Of a stretch of DNA of 64,000 bases, positions 55,572-64,000 are shown in pieces. This DNA comes from Christensenella sp. UBA1428. GTDB lineage: Bacteria > Bacillota > Clostridia > Christensenellales > UBA1750. The stretch is taken from the NCBI GenBank assembly GCA_002329335.1, contig DCTY01000061.1, positions 41 through 64,040 of the forward strand, read 5' to 3'. Every line of letters begins with the position of its first letter. Within the stretch, counting starts at the first letter, position 1. Position numbers and translations under genes: made by a program. Below the pieces are notes generated by a model. It was not told the DNA's origin, searched no databases, and saw only the letters and a program-made list of their open reading frames with translations.

Positions 55572-56861
55572 ATGCATATCGTTTCCGGCGGCGCTGTCAG
55601 CGCGCTTTTGCGCGGCACGCCCTTGCCCAAAATGTTTCCCGCGCAACAGCAATTTCCCCGCCCGCGTCTGGATCCGGCTATGCTTCCCGGGACGCTGGCC
55701 CGTCAGCTCGCACCGTTTTCGTCGATGCTCCGCCCCGGTATGCGCGTGGCCATCACCGCCGGCAGCCGCGGCGTAGCCAACGCTGCGGCCATTACAAGAA
55801 CCGTGGCCGATTTCGTCAAGGCCTGCGGCGCATCGCCCTTTATCGTGCCGGCCATGGGCAGTCACGGCGGCGCCACGGCGCAGGGACAGCTTGACGTACT
55901 GGCCGGCTACGGAATCACGGCAAAGGCCATGGGCTGTCCGATTCTTTCGGACATGACCACCGTCAGGATCGGCGCATTGCCGGACGGGCGCCCGGTCTTT
56001 TTGGACCGGAACGCCGCCCAGGCGGACGGCATCATCGTTTGCTGCCGCGTTAAGCCCCACAATGCGTTTCGTCACATCTATGAAAGCGGTATTTTAAAAA
56101 TGCTGGCCGTGGGCCTTGGCAAACAGCAGGGCGCGCAGGCGGTGCATGCGCAGGGCATGGGCAGGATCGGCCAAAATGTCGAGGCGTACGGCCGCTGTGC
56201 GCTTGAAAACACGCCGGTGCTCTTTGCCGTTGCCAGCATTGAAAACGCCTATGACGAAACGGCGCGCATCGCCGTCGTGCCCAAAAGCGATATCCTTTCA
56301 ACCGAACCGCAGCTTTTGCGCGAAGCCTTTGACAATATGCCCCGGCTGATTGTCGGCTCGTGCGACGTGCTGATTGTCGATGAAATCGGAAAAAATTACA
56401 GCGGCAGCGGCGTTGACCCCAACATCTGCGGCACCTTTTCCACGCCCTATGCCAGCGGCGGCATTCAGGTCAAGCGCACCGCCATGCTGCGTCTGAGCGC
56501 GGTTTCGCACGGCAACGCGCTGGGCGTCGGCCTGGCCGATGTCATCCCCAAACGGCTTTACGAACAGATCGATCCGGAAAAGATGTATCCCAACTGCATC
56601 ACCAGCACCGTGCTGACCACCGCGCGGATTCCCTGCGTGGTTGCAACCGACAAAGAAGCCATTCAGCTTTGCCTGCGCACCTGCAATGAAATCGACCTGG
56701 ACAGCCCGCGCGTGGTGCGCATCGCCAACAGCCTGCATGTGGACCGGATCGCGCTTTCCCAGGCCTATTACAACGACGTCCGCGCCGGCCGTTACCCCAA
56801 TCTTTGCGCGCTGGACGCGCCCGGCGATATGCAATTTGACGGGCAGGACGCGCTGATTTAA
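55572..56861 (+). CDS. LarA-like (lactate racemase N-terminal / DUF2088) domain protein
   Basis: Start ATG 55572 (SD AGGAGGG). AITAGSRGV...PFIVPAMGSHGGATAQGQ resembles the LarA_N-type family. Assignment is from memory of the motif. Confidence 0.55.
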   Translation: MHIVSGGAVSALLRGTPLPKMFPAQQQFPRPRLDPAMLPGTLARQLAPFSSMLRPGMRVAITAGSRGVANAAAITRTVADFVKACGASPFIVPAMGSHGGATAQGQLDVLAGYGITAKAMGCPILSDMTTVRIGALPDGRPVFLDRNAAQADGIIVCCRVKPHNAFRHIYESGILKMLAVGLGKQQGAQAVHAQGMGRIGQNVEAYGRCALENTPVLFAVASIENAYDETARIAVVPKSDILSTEPQLLREAFDNMPRLIVGSCDVLIVDEIGKNYSGSGVDPNICGTFSTPYASGGIQVKRTAMLRLSAVSHGNALGVGLADVIPKRLYEQIDPEKMYPNCITSTVLTTARIPCVVATDKEAIQLCLRTCNEIDLDSPRVVRIANSLHVDRIALSQAYYNDVRAGRYPNLCALDAPGDMQFDGQDALI

Positions 56862-56864
56862 AAG

Positions 56865-56908
56865 AACGCCGGCGGGTTTTATCCAACGATACCCCGCCGG
56901 CGTTTTTA
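56865..56908. terminator. bidirectional terminator
   Basis: AACGCCGGCGGG ... CCCCGCCGGCGTT followed by TTTTA. Confidence 0.75.
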
Positions 56909-56946
56909 CATAAAACCTTTCGATGGGCAAAACATATCCGTTCGGG

Positions 56947-57720
56947 TTACAGCGTCAGGCGCATCGTATCATAAGCAATCACCGCGTTATCGCCGTAAAT
57001 TTCCCGCACCAGCGCCTGCTGCCCCACCGGATCGGCCAAAATCGTTCTGCCGCTGTGCACATAGACCAGCTTCCCCGGCCGCTTTTCAAGCCCGGCAAAA
57101 TGTCTGGCGACCGCTTCCGGCTGATGATGCCCGGTTTCAATCATCATCAGGTCGCAGTCCGCCCAGCAGTCAAGTTCCTGCGGCGCGCCGACGTCCCCGG
57201 AGTAAACCACGCGCTTACCCTGCGCCTCAATCAAAAAGGAATACGCGCGCCACCCCTCGCCCGGACGCCTGGGCAAATGACTGTTGTGCATGGCGCTGAT
57301 CCGCAGCCCCGGCTCATCCACCACAGTGCCGTCGGCAAAAACATGCGGCCGGATCTCAAAATCGCAGGCAAAATCCCCCTCCGTTTCCCGCAGCAGCGTC
57401 ATCACCCCGTCGTAAGTTGCCAAAACGGGCAAATGGACGGTCACAGGCGCAGGCGCGGGCGACTCTTTCCGGAGATAGCGCTGCTTGCGAAGGTTCCAGA
57501 GCAGATTGCCCAGCCCGCCGACATGGTCCATATGCGGATGGCTGATCAGGATATGGCGTACGGACAGCAGATCCACATCCATCAAACACGCCGTATAGGA
57601 ACAGTTTTCCCCCGCATCCAGAAAAACCGTCTGATCTTCCAGTTTCAGCGCCACGCTTGCATGATGCCTTCCGGCCTGCGGCAGCGTCCCGGCGCAGGTC
57701 CCCAAAAAGATAAGCTCCAT
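56947..57720 (-). CDS. MBL-fold metallo-hydrolase
   Basis: ISHPHMDHVGG (HxHxDH) motif; 257 aa. Confidence 0.85.
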   Translation of the reverse strand: MELIFLGTCAGTLPQAGRHHASVALKLEDQTVFLDAGENCSYTACLMDVDLLSVRHILISHPHMDHVGGLGNLLWNLRKQRYLRKESPAPAPVTVHLPVLATYDGVMTLLRETEGDFACDFEIRPHVFADGTVVDEPGLRISAMHNSHLPRRPGEGWRAYSFLIEAQGKRVVYSGDVGAPQELDCWADCDLMMIETGHHQPEAVARHFAGLEKRPGKLVYVHSGRTILADPVGQQALVREIYGDNAVIAYDTMRLTL

Positions 57721-57755
57721 TTCCCAATCCCCTTTTGCGGTAATCCGGGTTTAGT

Positions 57756-59252
57756 TTACCGCAAAACCGCCCTTTGCGCAACCTTGCGTCCGCCGCGCCA
57801 GATCCATAAAAACACCGGCGCTGCCAGCAAAATCGCCGCAGCAGCGCCAATTGCCGGCGCCTGCGTTCCCAGCAGCAGCCCCACCGCCCTGCCGCCCAGC
57901 GCACACAGCGCGCCGGCGCACCCGGCAGGCATCAAAAAACGCAGATCCAGCCGGGCGCCCGAAAGCCGCCCCAGACAGCGAATCGAACAAATCAGATTCC
58001 CCCCGGAACACAGCACGATGCAAAGAATATAGCCCATCATGCCCATGCGCGCGACTAAAACGCTCAAAAGCGCCAGCCGTACAACCGATTCTATCAAATT
58101 ATACCGAAGCGCATAGCGCTGGCCGTCCATGGCGTTGACCGCCGCGTCAACCACGCAATCCAAATACCAGATCGGCGCCAGCAGCGACAAAAGCGGCAGC
58201 ATATCCGCCAGGGTCTGCCCGCCGCCGAGCATGGCGGCAAGCGGCTGCGCGTAGGAAAACAAAAATGCGCCGCACAGGCAGGCATAAAAAAGCGTCATCG
58301 TCAAAATCCGTCCCAGCGGCAGGCGGCTTTTTCGTCCTTCCTGGGCAATTTCCGGCACCAGCAGCGTCGCATAGGCGCTGATCACGCCGGAGGGAAACAT
58401 CACCGCAGGCATGGCCATGGCTTTATAAACGCCGTATTGCGAAAGCGCCTGGGAATAGGTCAGCCCGCTTTGGCACAGCCCGTTTGGGATCATCAGGTTT
58501 TCCGCCGTTCGCAGACCTGCCCGCACATATGCCCCTGCCGCAACCGGGCCTGCAATGGCAAGCAGCCGGCGGATGACGCCGCCCTGGGCGGGCGTGGGAC
58601 AGTCCTGCTGCGGCGCCGGCATTGAATGGCCCGTGCGCCGGGAAAGCAGCAGCGCGCAAAGCGTCCCGGCCATCTCCCCGGCGACCGCGCCTGCGGTGAG
58701 GCAAACGCAGGTTTGATCCGGCGACGGCGCCGTAAAAAAGCGCAGCAGCGCCAGCGTTACCCCGGCGCACACCGCGGCGTCCAAAAAATGCAGCCCCACC
58801 GCGCTGCCGACCTGACGGCGCGCCAAAAAGCAGCCGTGAACGCAGCTGCTGACCGCCATAACCGGCAGCGCCAGCGCAAACAGACGCAGCGCGGGTGCGG
58901 TGCGCGCGTCGCCGATCCAACGGCCCGCCGCCACGTCCGCAAACAAAAAAAGCGCCGCCGCCACGGCCGTGCCGGCCGAAAACGCAAGCAGCATCGACCG
59001 GCGCAAAATATGCTTTTGACCGCGGACGTCGCAGGCGCAAAGCCGCGTCACCGCAAGGGAAATGCCGGAGGTGGCAAACGTCGCCGCAAGCATGTTCACG
59101 CTCTGCGCCAATGCAAAAAGGCCCATCGCCTCCGCGCCGGCAAGCCCGGTCAGATAGGCCTGAAACGCCAGGGAAAACAGCCGCAGCAGCGTCTGCGCAC
59201 CCGCCATAAACAACCCGTTGCCGATAAACCTGCGCCGCTGCCGCTGCGTCAC
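57756..59252 (-). CDS. MOP-superfamily flippase (SpoVB / polysaccharide biosynthesis protein-like)
   Basis: ~14 TM segments. Probable GTG start at 59252 (GGGGGA 6 nt upstream); the ORF is open to 59291. Confidence 0.65.
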   Translation of the reverse strand: MTQRQRRRFIGNGLFMAGAQTLLRLFSLAFQAYLTGLAGAEAMGLFALAQSVNMLAATFATSGISLAVTRLCACDVRGQKHILRRSMLLAFSAGTAVAAALFLFADVAAGRWIGDARTAPALRLFALALPVMAVSSCVHGCFLARRQVGSAVGLHFLDAAVCAGVTLALLRFFTAPSPDQTCVCLTAGAVAGEMAGTLCALLLSRRTGHSMPAPQQDCPTPAQGGVIRRLLAIAGPVAAGAYVRAGLRTAENLMIPNGLCQSGLTYSQALSQYGVYKAMAMPAVMFPSGVISAYATLLVPEIAQEGRKSRLPLGRILTMTLFYACLCGAFLFSYAQPLAAMLGGGQTLADMLPLLSLLAPIWYLDCVVDAAVNAMDGQRYALRYNLIESVVRLALLSVLVARMGMMGYILCIVLCSGGNLICSIRCLGRLSGARLDLRFLMPAGCAGALCALGGRAVGLLLGTQAPAIGAAAAILLAAPVFLWIWRGGRKVAQRAVLR

Positions 59253-59428
59253 ACCGCATCCCCCCTGCAAAAAATTCGCTGCAAAAAGCAAGCGCCATTA
59301 TGGCAAAGATATGATATAATAAGCACGTTCAATACTTCCGCCGCACGAAAAAAGCAAACCGTTTCAACCATACAGGATTTTCCACACCGGAACGAATTCA
59401 CACCTTCAAAACCAATAAGGAGCATGCT

Positions 59429-60085
59429 ATGGCGCTGATCGACCAATTTCGTCAAATCGTCTGGGATTTTAACGGCACGCTGATCGACGACCTGGACGCC
59501 GCTTTTGACATACAGCAGCAGATGCTGCGCCTGCACGGTCTTGCGCCGCTGACAAAGGCGCGCTATCTGGACACCTTTGACTTCCCGATCCGGGATTGGT
59601 ACGCATTTTTGGGCTACGACACCGAACAATACGACCAGTTGGCGCAGCAATGGGCCGCGCTTTACCAGCAGCGCGCCGTGCACCTTGGCCTTTGTCCGGG
59701 CGCACAGGCGCTTCTGGATCTGTTTGCGCAGCGCGGGATCCGTCAAAGCGTCCTGTCCGCCGCCAACGTGCAGCAGCTGAACATGCTGCTGCGTGCCCTT
59801 GGCATCGACGGATATTTCGATCCGGTGCTCGGGCTTGACAATTCCCGGGCGCATGGCAAGATCGCGCTTTGCAGCGCGCTGCGCGCCAGTTCGCCCGTAC
59901 CGCCGGAACAGATGCTTTTCATCGGCGACACCACCCAGGATGTGCTGACCGCCAGGGCGCTGGGCAGCAGCTGCGTGCTGGTCGCCTGCGGGCATCAAAG
60001 CCGCGCGCGCCTGGAGCAAACCGGCGTGCCCGTATACGAAAATCACGCCGCATTGAGGGCCGCGCTGCTTGAAAAAGGCGGCTGA
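59429..60085 (+). CDS. HAD-superfamily hydrolase (phosphoglycolate phosphatase-like subfamily IA)
   Basis: Motif I IVWDFNGTLID, motif II SVLSA, motif IV-like FIGDTTQD. SD AAGGAG. Confidence 0.8.
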   Translation: MALIDQFRQIVWDFNGTLIDDLDAAFDIQQQMLRLHGLAPLTKARYLDTFDFPIRDWYAFLGYDTEQYDQLAQQWAALYQQRAVHLGLCPGAQALLDLFAQRGIRQSVLSAANVQQLNMLLRALGIDGYFDPVLGLDNSRAHGKIALCSALRASSPVPPEQMLFIGDTTQDVLTARALGSSCVLVACGHQSRARLEQTGVPVYENHAALRAALLEKGG

Positions 60086-60289
60086 AAACGCAGCGGCACA
60101 TTGTTTGCGCGGCTTGCCGCACAAACAAACCGCTTTCCGTCCCGCTGTTTTTCAACGACGTTCCCCATCCAACACAACCAAATCCACCCAAACGCTCAAA
60201 TCCATTGCATACCATATCCGAACCAGAAGACCCGTCACACTACAGCAATCACCGATGGTTTTGCTGCAGCGCCAAAAGGAGGCAACGTC

Positions 60290-61204
60290 ATGATTCAAAC
60301 CGATCCGCAATTGACCGCCAGGGATGGTACGCCCATCCGATACCAGGTCTGGCCCGCAACGCAGCCCCGGGCGCTGGTATTGATTTTACACGGCATGGCC
60401 GAACACACCGGACGCTATGACGCATTGGCGCGCACGCTTTGCCCGCACGGCTACACCGTTTGGGCCGTGGAATACCGCGGACACGGGCAGGGCGCGCAAA
60501 AGCTGGGCTATTTTGCGCCGCAAAACGGTTTTGAGCTGGTATGCGACGACGTGATGCGGCTTTACCGCTTTATGCATCAGTCTCAGCCCGAGCTGCCGGT
60601 GCTGCTCTTTGCCCACTCCATGGGCACGGTTTTTGCCCGCGCGCTGCTGATGTCCCAGCCCAATCCCGTACCGAAAGGCTGCCTGCTCTCCGGCGTAACG
60701 GTCGACGTGCCGGTGCGCCGCCGGTTTGCCCCCGCCATGATCGGTCTGATCGGCACGCTTCAAAACGGCATGGATCAGGTCAGCCCGCTGGTCATGCGCA
60801 TGAGCATCGGCGCCTTTGGCGCCTCGGTCAAGGACGCGAAAACCGACTGCGACTGGCTCAGCCGCGATGCGAAGGCGGTGCAGGCCTATCGTGACGACCC
60901 GTTGTGCGGCTTTGAACTGACCAGCGCCATGATGCGCGACGTTGCCCGCGGCGTGCTTTTTACGCTGCGGCGCAAAAACGAGCGCAATCTTCCGTCGCAA
61001 ACGCCGGTGCGCATCTGCGTCGGGGACTGCGACCCGGTGGGCGGCGTACGCGCCGCGCAGGAGCTGAAGCGGCGCTGGCAGCGCCTCGGAAAACCAGTAT
61101 CGGTCAGCATCTATCCCGGCGCGCGCCATGAGCTGCTCAACGAAACCTGCCGGGACGAATTCCTTGGCGAAACGGTCAAATTTTTCGATCAATGCCTCCA
61201 ATAA
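60290..61204 (+). CDS. alpha/beta hydrolase (lysophospholipase / monoacylglycerol lipase-like)
   Basis: Start ATG 60290 (SD AAAGGAGG). LILHGMAEH and AHSMG nucleophile elbow. Confidence 0.8.
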   Translation: MIQTDPQLTARDGTPIRYQVWPATQPRALVLILHGMAEHTGRYDALARTLCPHGYTVWAVEYRGHGQGAQKLGYFAPQNGFELVCDDVMRLYRFMHQSQPELPVLLFAHSMGTVFARALLMSQPNPVPKGCLLSGVTVDVPVRRRFAPAMIGLIGTLQNGMDQVSPLVMRMSIGAFGASVKDAKTDCDWLSRDAKAVQAYRDDPLCGFELTSAMMRDVARGVLFTLRRKNERNLPSQTPVRICVGDCDPVGGVRAAQELKRRWQRLGKPVSVSIYPGARHELLNETCRDEFLGETVKFFDQCLQ

Positions 61205-61249
61205 TCCCATGAAATTTAATGATTTCAGACGCCAATTTATTGTATAATG

Positions 61250-61280
61250 ATGCGGGGCATAACTGTCCCCGCATTTTTTG
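61250..61280 (+). terminator. rho-independent terminator between the hydrolase and RND genes
   Basis: ATGCGGGG / CCCCGCAT followed by TTTTTT. Confidence 0.7.
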
Positions 61281-61297
61281 CATAATTTGGAGTGCCT

Positions 61298-64000
61298 ATG
61301 ATTTCCAAGTACAGCGTCCGTCGTCCCTTCACCGTCGTCGTGGCGGTCATTCTGGTTCTTTTGCTGGGATTCGTTTCATTCACAAACATGAAAACCGACC
61401 TGTTTCCCAGTATGAATCTGCCCTATATGGTCATCGTCACGACCTATATCGGCGCAACGCCGGAAAAAGTAGAAACCGGCGTCACACGGCCCATCGAGCA
61501 GGCCGTGGCCTCGACCTCCGGCGTTGAAAACGTCACAAGCACCTCAAGCGAAAACAGCTCCATCGTGGTGGTTGAATTTGCCGACGGCACCAATATGGAC
61601 AGCGCGCTGCTGGAAATCAGCGGCAATATCGACCGCGTAAAGGCGCGGTTGGACGATGGGGTCGGCGACCCGTCGATTATTCGCATCAATCCGGACATGC
61701 TGCCCATCCTGGTCGCCAGCGTCGACCAGGATGGCCGGGATCTGGCCAGCCTGTCGGCGTTTGTTTCCACAGAACTTACGCCGCAGCTGGAAAGCGTGGC
61801 GGGCGTCGGTTCGGTTTCGATCAGCGGGCTTTTGGAGGAATCCTACCGGATCTGCCTGAGCCGCGATAAAATCGACGCGCTCAACGACCGGATTTTGCTG
61901 GCGGTAGACGATCAGCTGCTCAAGGCGCGCGCCGAGCTGGACGACGCACAGAAAAAGCTGGACGAGGGCCGCGCCGAATTTGACGCGCAGTCCGCGCAGC
62001 AGACGCACAAGCTTGCCGAAGGCGCAGTTGAGCTGGGCGACGGCAAGCGTGAAATTTTAGACGGGCTGGATGCGGTGGACGAGGGCATCCAGATGCTTCA
62101 AACGCAATATGAAACCATTCAAAGCACGCTGTCCAATTTTGGCGCCACGCGCGAGGGATATACGCAGCTGACCGACGGCATCCGCCAGATCAACGACGGT
62201 CTGACGCAGCTTGCCAACGCGGAGGCGGAATTGATCGCCGGGCACAGCGTCATCGGCATCAGCATGGCGCTGTCGGAAGCCGCAGGCGTTATGCAGGATC
62301 AGGTCGACCAGTTTGAAGGGCGCGTACAGGACGCAAAGACGGAATTGGACGATCTGAACGACCGGCTGGCCGGTGCGCAGACCGATCAGGAGCGCCAGGA
62401 ACTGCAGGAGCAGATTCAGCGCCAGGAAAGCCTGGTATCCGTTTATGAAACGGCGCTGACGCAGGCGCAGCTGGGCATGACGCAGTTAAACGGCGCAGTG
62501 GGGAGCATTGGGGAAACCGCTCAGGAAATCCTGCAGGCGCAGATCATGATCACCACCCAGCGCGATCAGCTGCTGGTAACGCTGGCACAGCTGAATATCA
62601 CCAAAGAAACCACCGACGCGCAGCTCAAGGCGCAGTATGGCCAGCTGGCCGATACGCTCAGCGAGCTTTCCGGGCAGCCGCGCGACGATCCGGACGCCGA
62701 CCTTTCCGGTCAGGCGCTGTTTGACGCGCTTCACGATACCATGGTACGTCTGGTGCCGTATCTGGAAGAAAAGCTCAACACGGAATTGCCCGAAGCGCGC
62801 CGGGAGCTGGAACAAGCGCTGGAAGAAGTCAACGACGGCCAGATTGCGCTTACCGAAGGGCAGGTTGCGCTCACCCAGGAACTGACCAAAGCGGCGCTGG
62901 CGCTGGAGCAGGGCGAAAAGGAACTGGAGCAGGCGCGCAAGCAGTTTGACGAGCAGACTCAAAAAGCCTACGAACAGGCCGGCCTGGACGGCGCGCTGAC
63001 GCTTTCGACCGTCAGCGGGCTTTTATACGCGCAGAACTTCGCCATGCCCGCCGGCTATATCGACAGCGAAAACGGCGCGGCGCGCATGCTCAAGGTTGGC
63101 GACGCCTTTGTGCAAAGCCAGGAGCTTTCGGAGCTGATGCTTTTTGATACCGGATCCGACGCCATCGGCCCGGTGTATTTAAGCGACGTGGCGGACATCG
63201 TCCAGGTTGACAACGCCGACGAGCTTTATGCCCGGATCAACGGCAACGACGGGATTTTAATCCAGTTTCAAAAGCAGAGCACCTACTCCACCGCAGAGGT
63301 GTCCGACGCGCTGGCCGCACAGTTTGAAAAGCTGGAGGCAAAATACGAAGGGCTGCATCTGACCGTGCTGGAGGATCAGGGCACTTATATCGATATGGTC
63401 GTTTCCTCGGTCATCGAAAACCTGCTGATGGGCGGCCTGCTTGCCATCGCCATCCTTTTGCTGTTTTTGATGGACTGGCGGCCGACGCTGATCATCAGCG
63501 TTTCCATTCCCATCAGCTTGATGTTTGCGGTCGTATTGATGTATTTTACCGATATTTCGCTCAACATCGTTTCCCTGTCCGGCCTGGCGCTGGGCGTCGG
63601 CATGCTGGTGGACAACTCCATCGTGGTGATTGAAAACACCTACCGGCTGCGCCAGCTGGGACAGTCGCCGATTCAGGCCGCGATCGGCGGAGCTAATCAG
63701 GTGGGCGGCGCGATCATCGCGTCCACGTTGACGACAGTCTGCGTCTTTTTGCCCATCGTTTTTATCACAGGGCTGATGCGCGACCTGTTCGCGGATCTGG
63801 GCCTGACCATTGCCTATTCGCTGTTGGCCAGCCTGATTGTCGCCATGACGCTGGTGCCGTCCATGAGCGCGCGCGTACTGAAGAAAATGCCGGAAAAAAA
63901 GCGTGCCGACCGTGCGTTTGACCGTTTCGCCGGCGCATATGAAAAATCTCTGGCGTTTTTGCTGCGCCGCAAGTTCATCGTACTTGGCGTCAGCGTGGCG
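61298..64000 (+). CDS. RND (AcrB/AcrD/AcrF-type) efflux transporter permease with a large coiled-coil insertion; 3' end outside the window
   Basis: Hand-translated. ATG 61298 (GGAG upstream) opens a frame with no stop to the window edge (901 codons), which is why it is absent from the ORF track. N-terminus MISKYSVRRPFTVVVAVILVLLLGF. TM4 region GLALGVGMLVDNSIVVIEN. Confidence 0.85.
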   Translation, partial: MISKYSVRRPFTVVVAVILVLLLGFVSFTNMKTDLFPSMNLPYMVIVTTYIGATPEKVETGVTRPIEQAVASTSGVENVTSTSSENSSIVVVEFADGTNMDSALLEISGNIDRVKARLDDGVGDPSIIRINPDMLPILVASVDQDGRDLASLSAFVSTELTPQLESVAGVGSVSISGLLEESYRICLSRDKIDALNDRILLAVDDQLLKARAELDDAQKKLDEGRAEFDAQSAQQTHKLAEGAVELGDGKREILDGLDAVDEGIQMLQTQYETIQSTLSNFGATREGYTQLTDGIRQINDGLTQLANAEAELIAGHSVIGISMALSEAAGVMQDQVDQFEGRVQDAKTELDDLNDRLAGAQTDQERQELQEQIQRQESLVSVYETALTQAQLGMTQLNGAVGSIGETAQEILQAQIMITTQRDQLLVTLAQLNITKETTDAQLKAQYGQLADTLSELSGQPRDDPDADLSGQALFDALHDTMVRLVPYLEEKLNTELPEARRELEQALEEVNDGQIALTEGQVALTQELTKAALALEQGEKELEQARKQFDEQTQKAYEQAGLDGALTLSTVSGLLYAQNFAMPAGYIDSENGAARMLKVGDAFVQSQELSELMLFDTGSDAIGPVYLSDVADIVQVDNADELYARINGNDGILIQFQKQSTYSTAEVSDALAAQFEKLEAKYEGLHLTVLEDQGTYIDMVVSSVIENLLMGGLLAIAILLLFLMDWRPTLIISVSIPISLMFAVVLMYFTDISLNIVSLSGLALGVGMLVDNSIVVIENTYRLRQLGQSPIQAAIGGANQVGGAIIASTLTTVCVFLPIVFITGLMRDLFADLGLTIAYSLLASLIVAMTLVPSMSARVLKKMPEKKRADRAFDRFAGAYEKSLAFLLRRKFIVLGVSVA

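Noticed and set aside
56923-59438. Several 180-370-aa ORFs overlapping the MBL hydrolase and flippase genes on both strands.
   Set aside because: Arg/Ala/Gly/Pro-rich shadow frames of GC-rich genes with no start-site support.

Overview
GC-rich, Gram-positive (Clostridia-like) chromosomal segment. That assignment is an inference from strong AGGAGG-type ribosome-binding sites (SD), lipobox lipoproteins, anaerobe genes (nrdDG, anSME) and a SpoVB-like flippase. All family names come from motif recognition in the supplied translations; no database search was run.

Layout:
- (1) 14-1102: an IS481-family insertion sequence with 26-bp imperfect terminal inverted repeats.
- (2) ~1.3-26.8 kb: a carbohydrate-foraging region. 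It holds a plus-strand esterase-rich operon (two tandem SGNH hydrolases, an Fe-S aldo/keto reductase, an esterase, GH95 fucosidase), a GH38 alpha-mannosidase and a CapA-like lipoprotein. It also holds a minus-strand kduD-kduI-GH78-like-ABC importer block, several small membrane or lipoprotein genes, and a Cys-type sulfatase with its anaerobic maturase.
- (3) ~27.07-37.8 kb: an integrated Tn4451/Tn4453-like mobilizable element. It carries a low-GC cargo of two GNAT acetyltransferases, a sigma factor plus Zn-ribbon protein, a frameshifted DUF927-like P-loop replication gene and a candidate oriT. MobC, a relaxase, a TnpW-like protein and a terminal large serine recombinase complete it.
- (4) 37.8-61.2 kb: housekeeping and accessory genes. 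These are an aspartate kinase-AEC permease operon, MoxR-DUF58-DUF4129, an ECF sigma/anti-sigma pair, M18 aminopeptidase, nrdDG behind NrdR boxes, ComB-like phosphatase, DUF975, MFS, GNAT, a second AEC permease, a LarA-like protein, MBL hydrolase, flippase, HAD and an alpha/beta hydrolase.
- (5) 61298 to the window end: an RND (AcrB-like) transporter with a ~360-aa coiled-coil insertion in its first extracytoplasmic loop.

Most unusual observations:
- A 159-codon +1-frame ORF nested in the relaxase gene carries the coding (GC3) signature that the relaxase frame loses.
- The RND pump has a coiled-coil insertion.
- The mobile element has a compositionally foreign cargo and a decayed replication gene.

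No rRNA, tRNA or CRISPR array was seen. Many long ORFs in the track are antisense shadows of GC-rich genes and were rejected.
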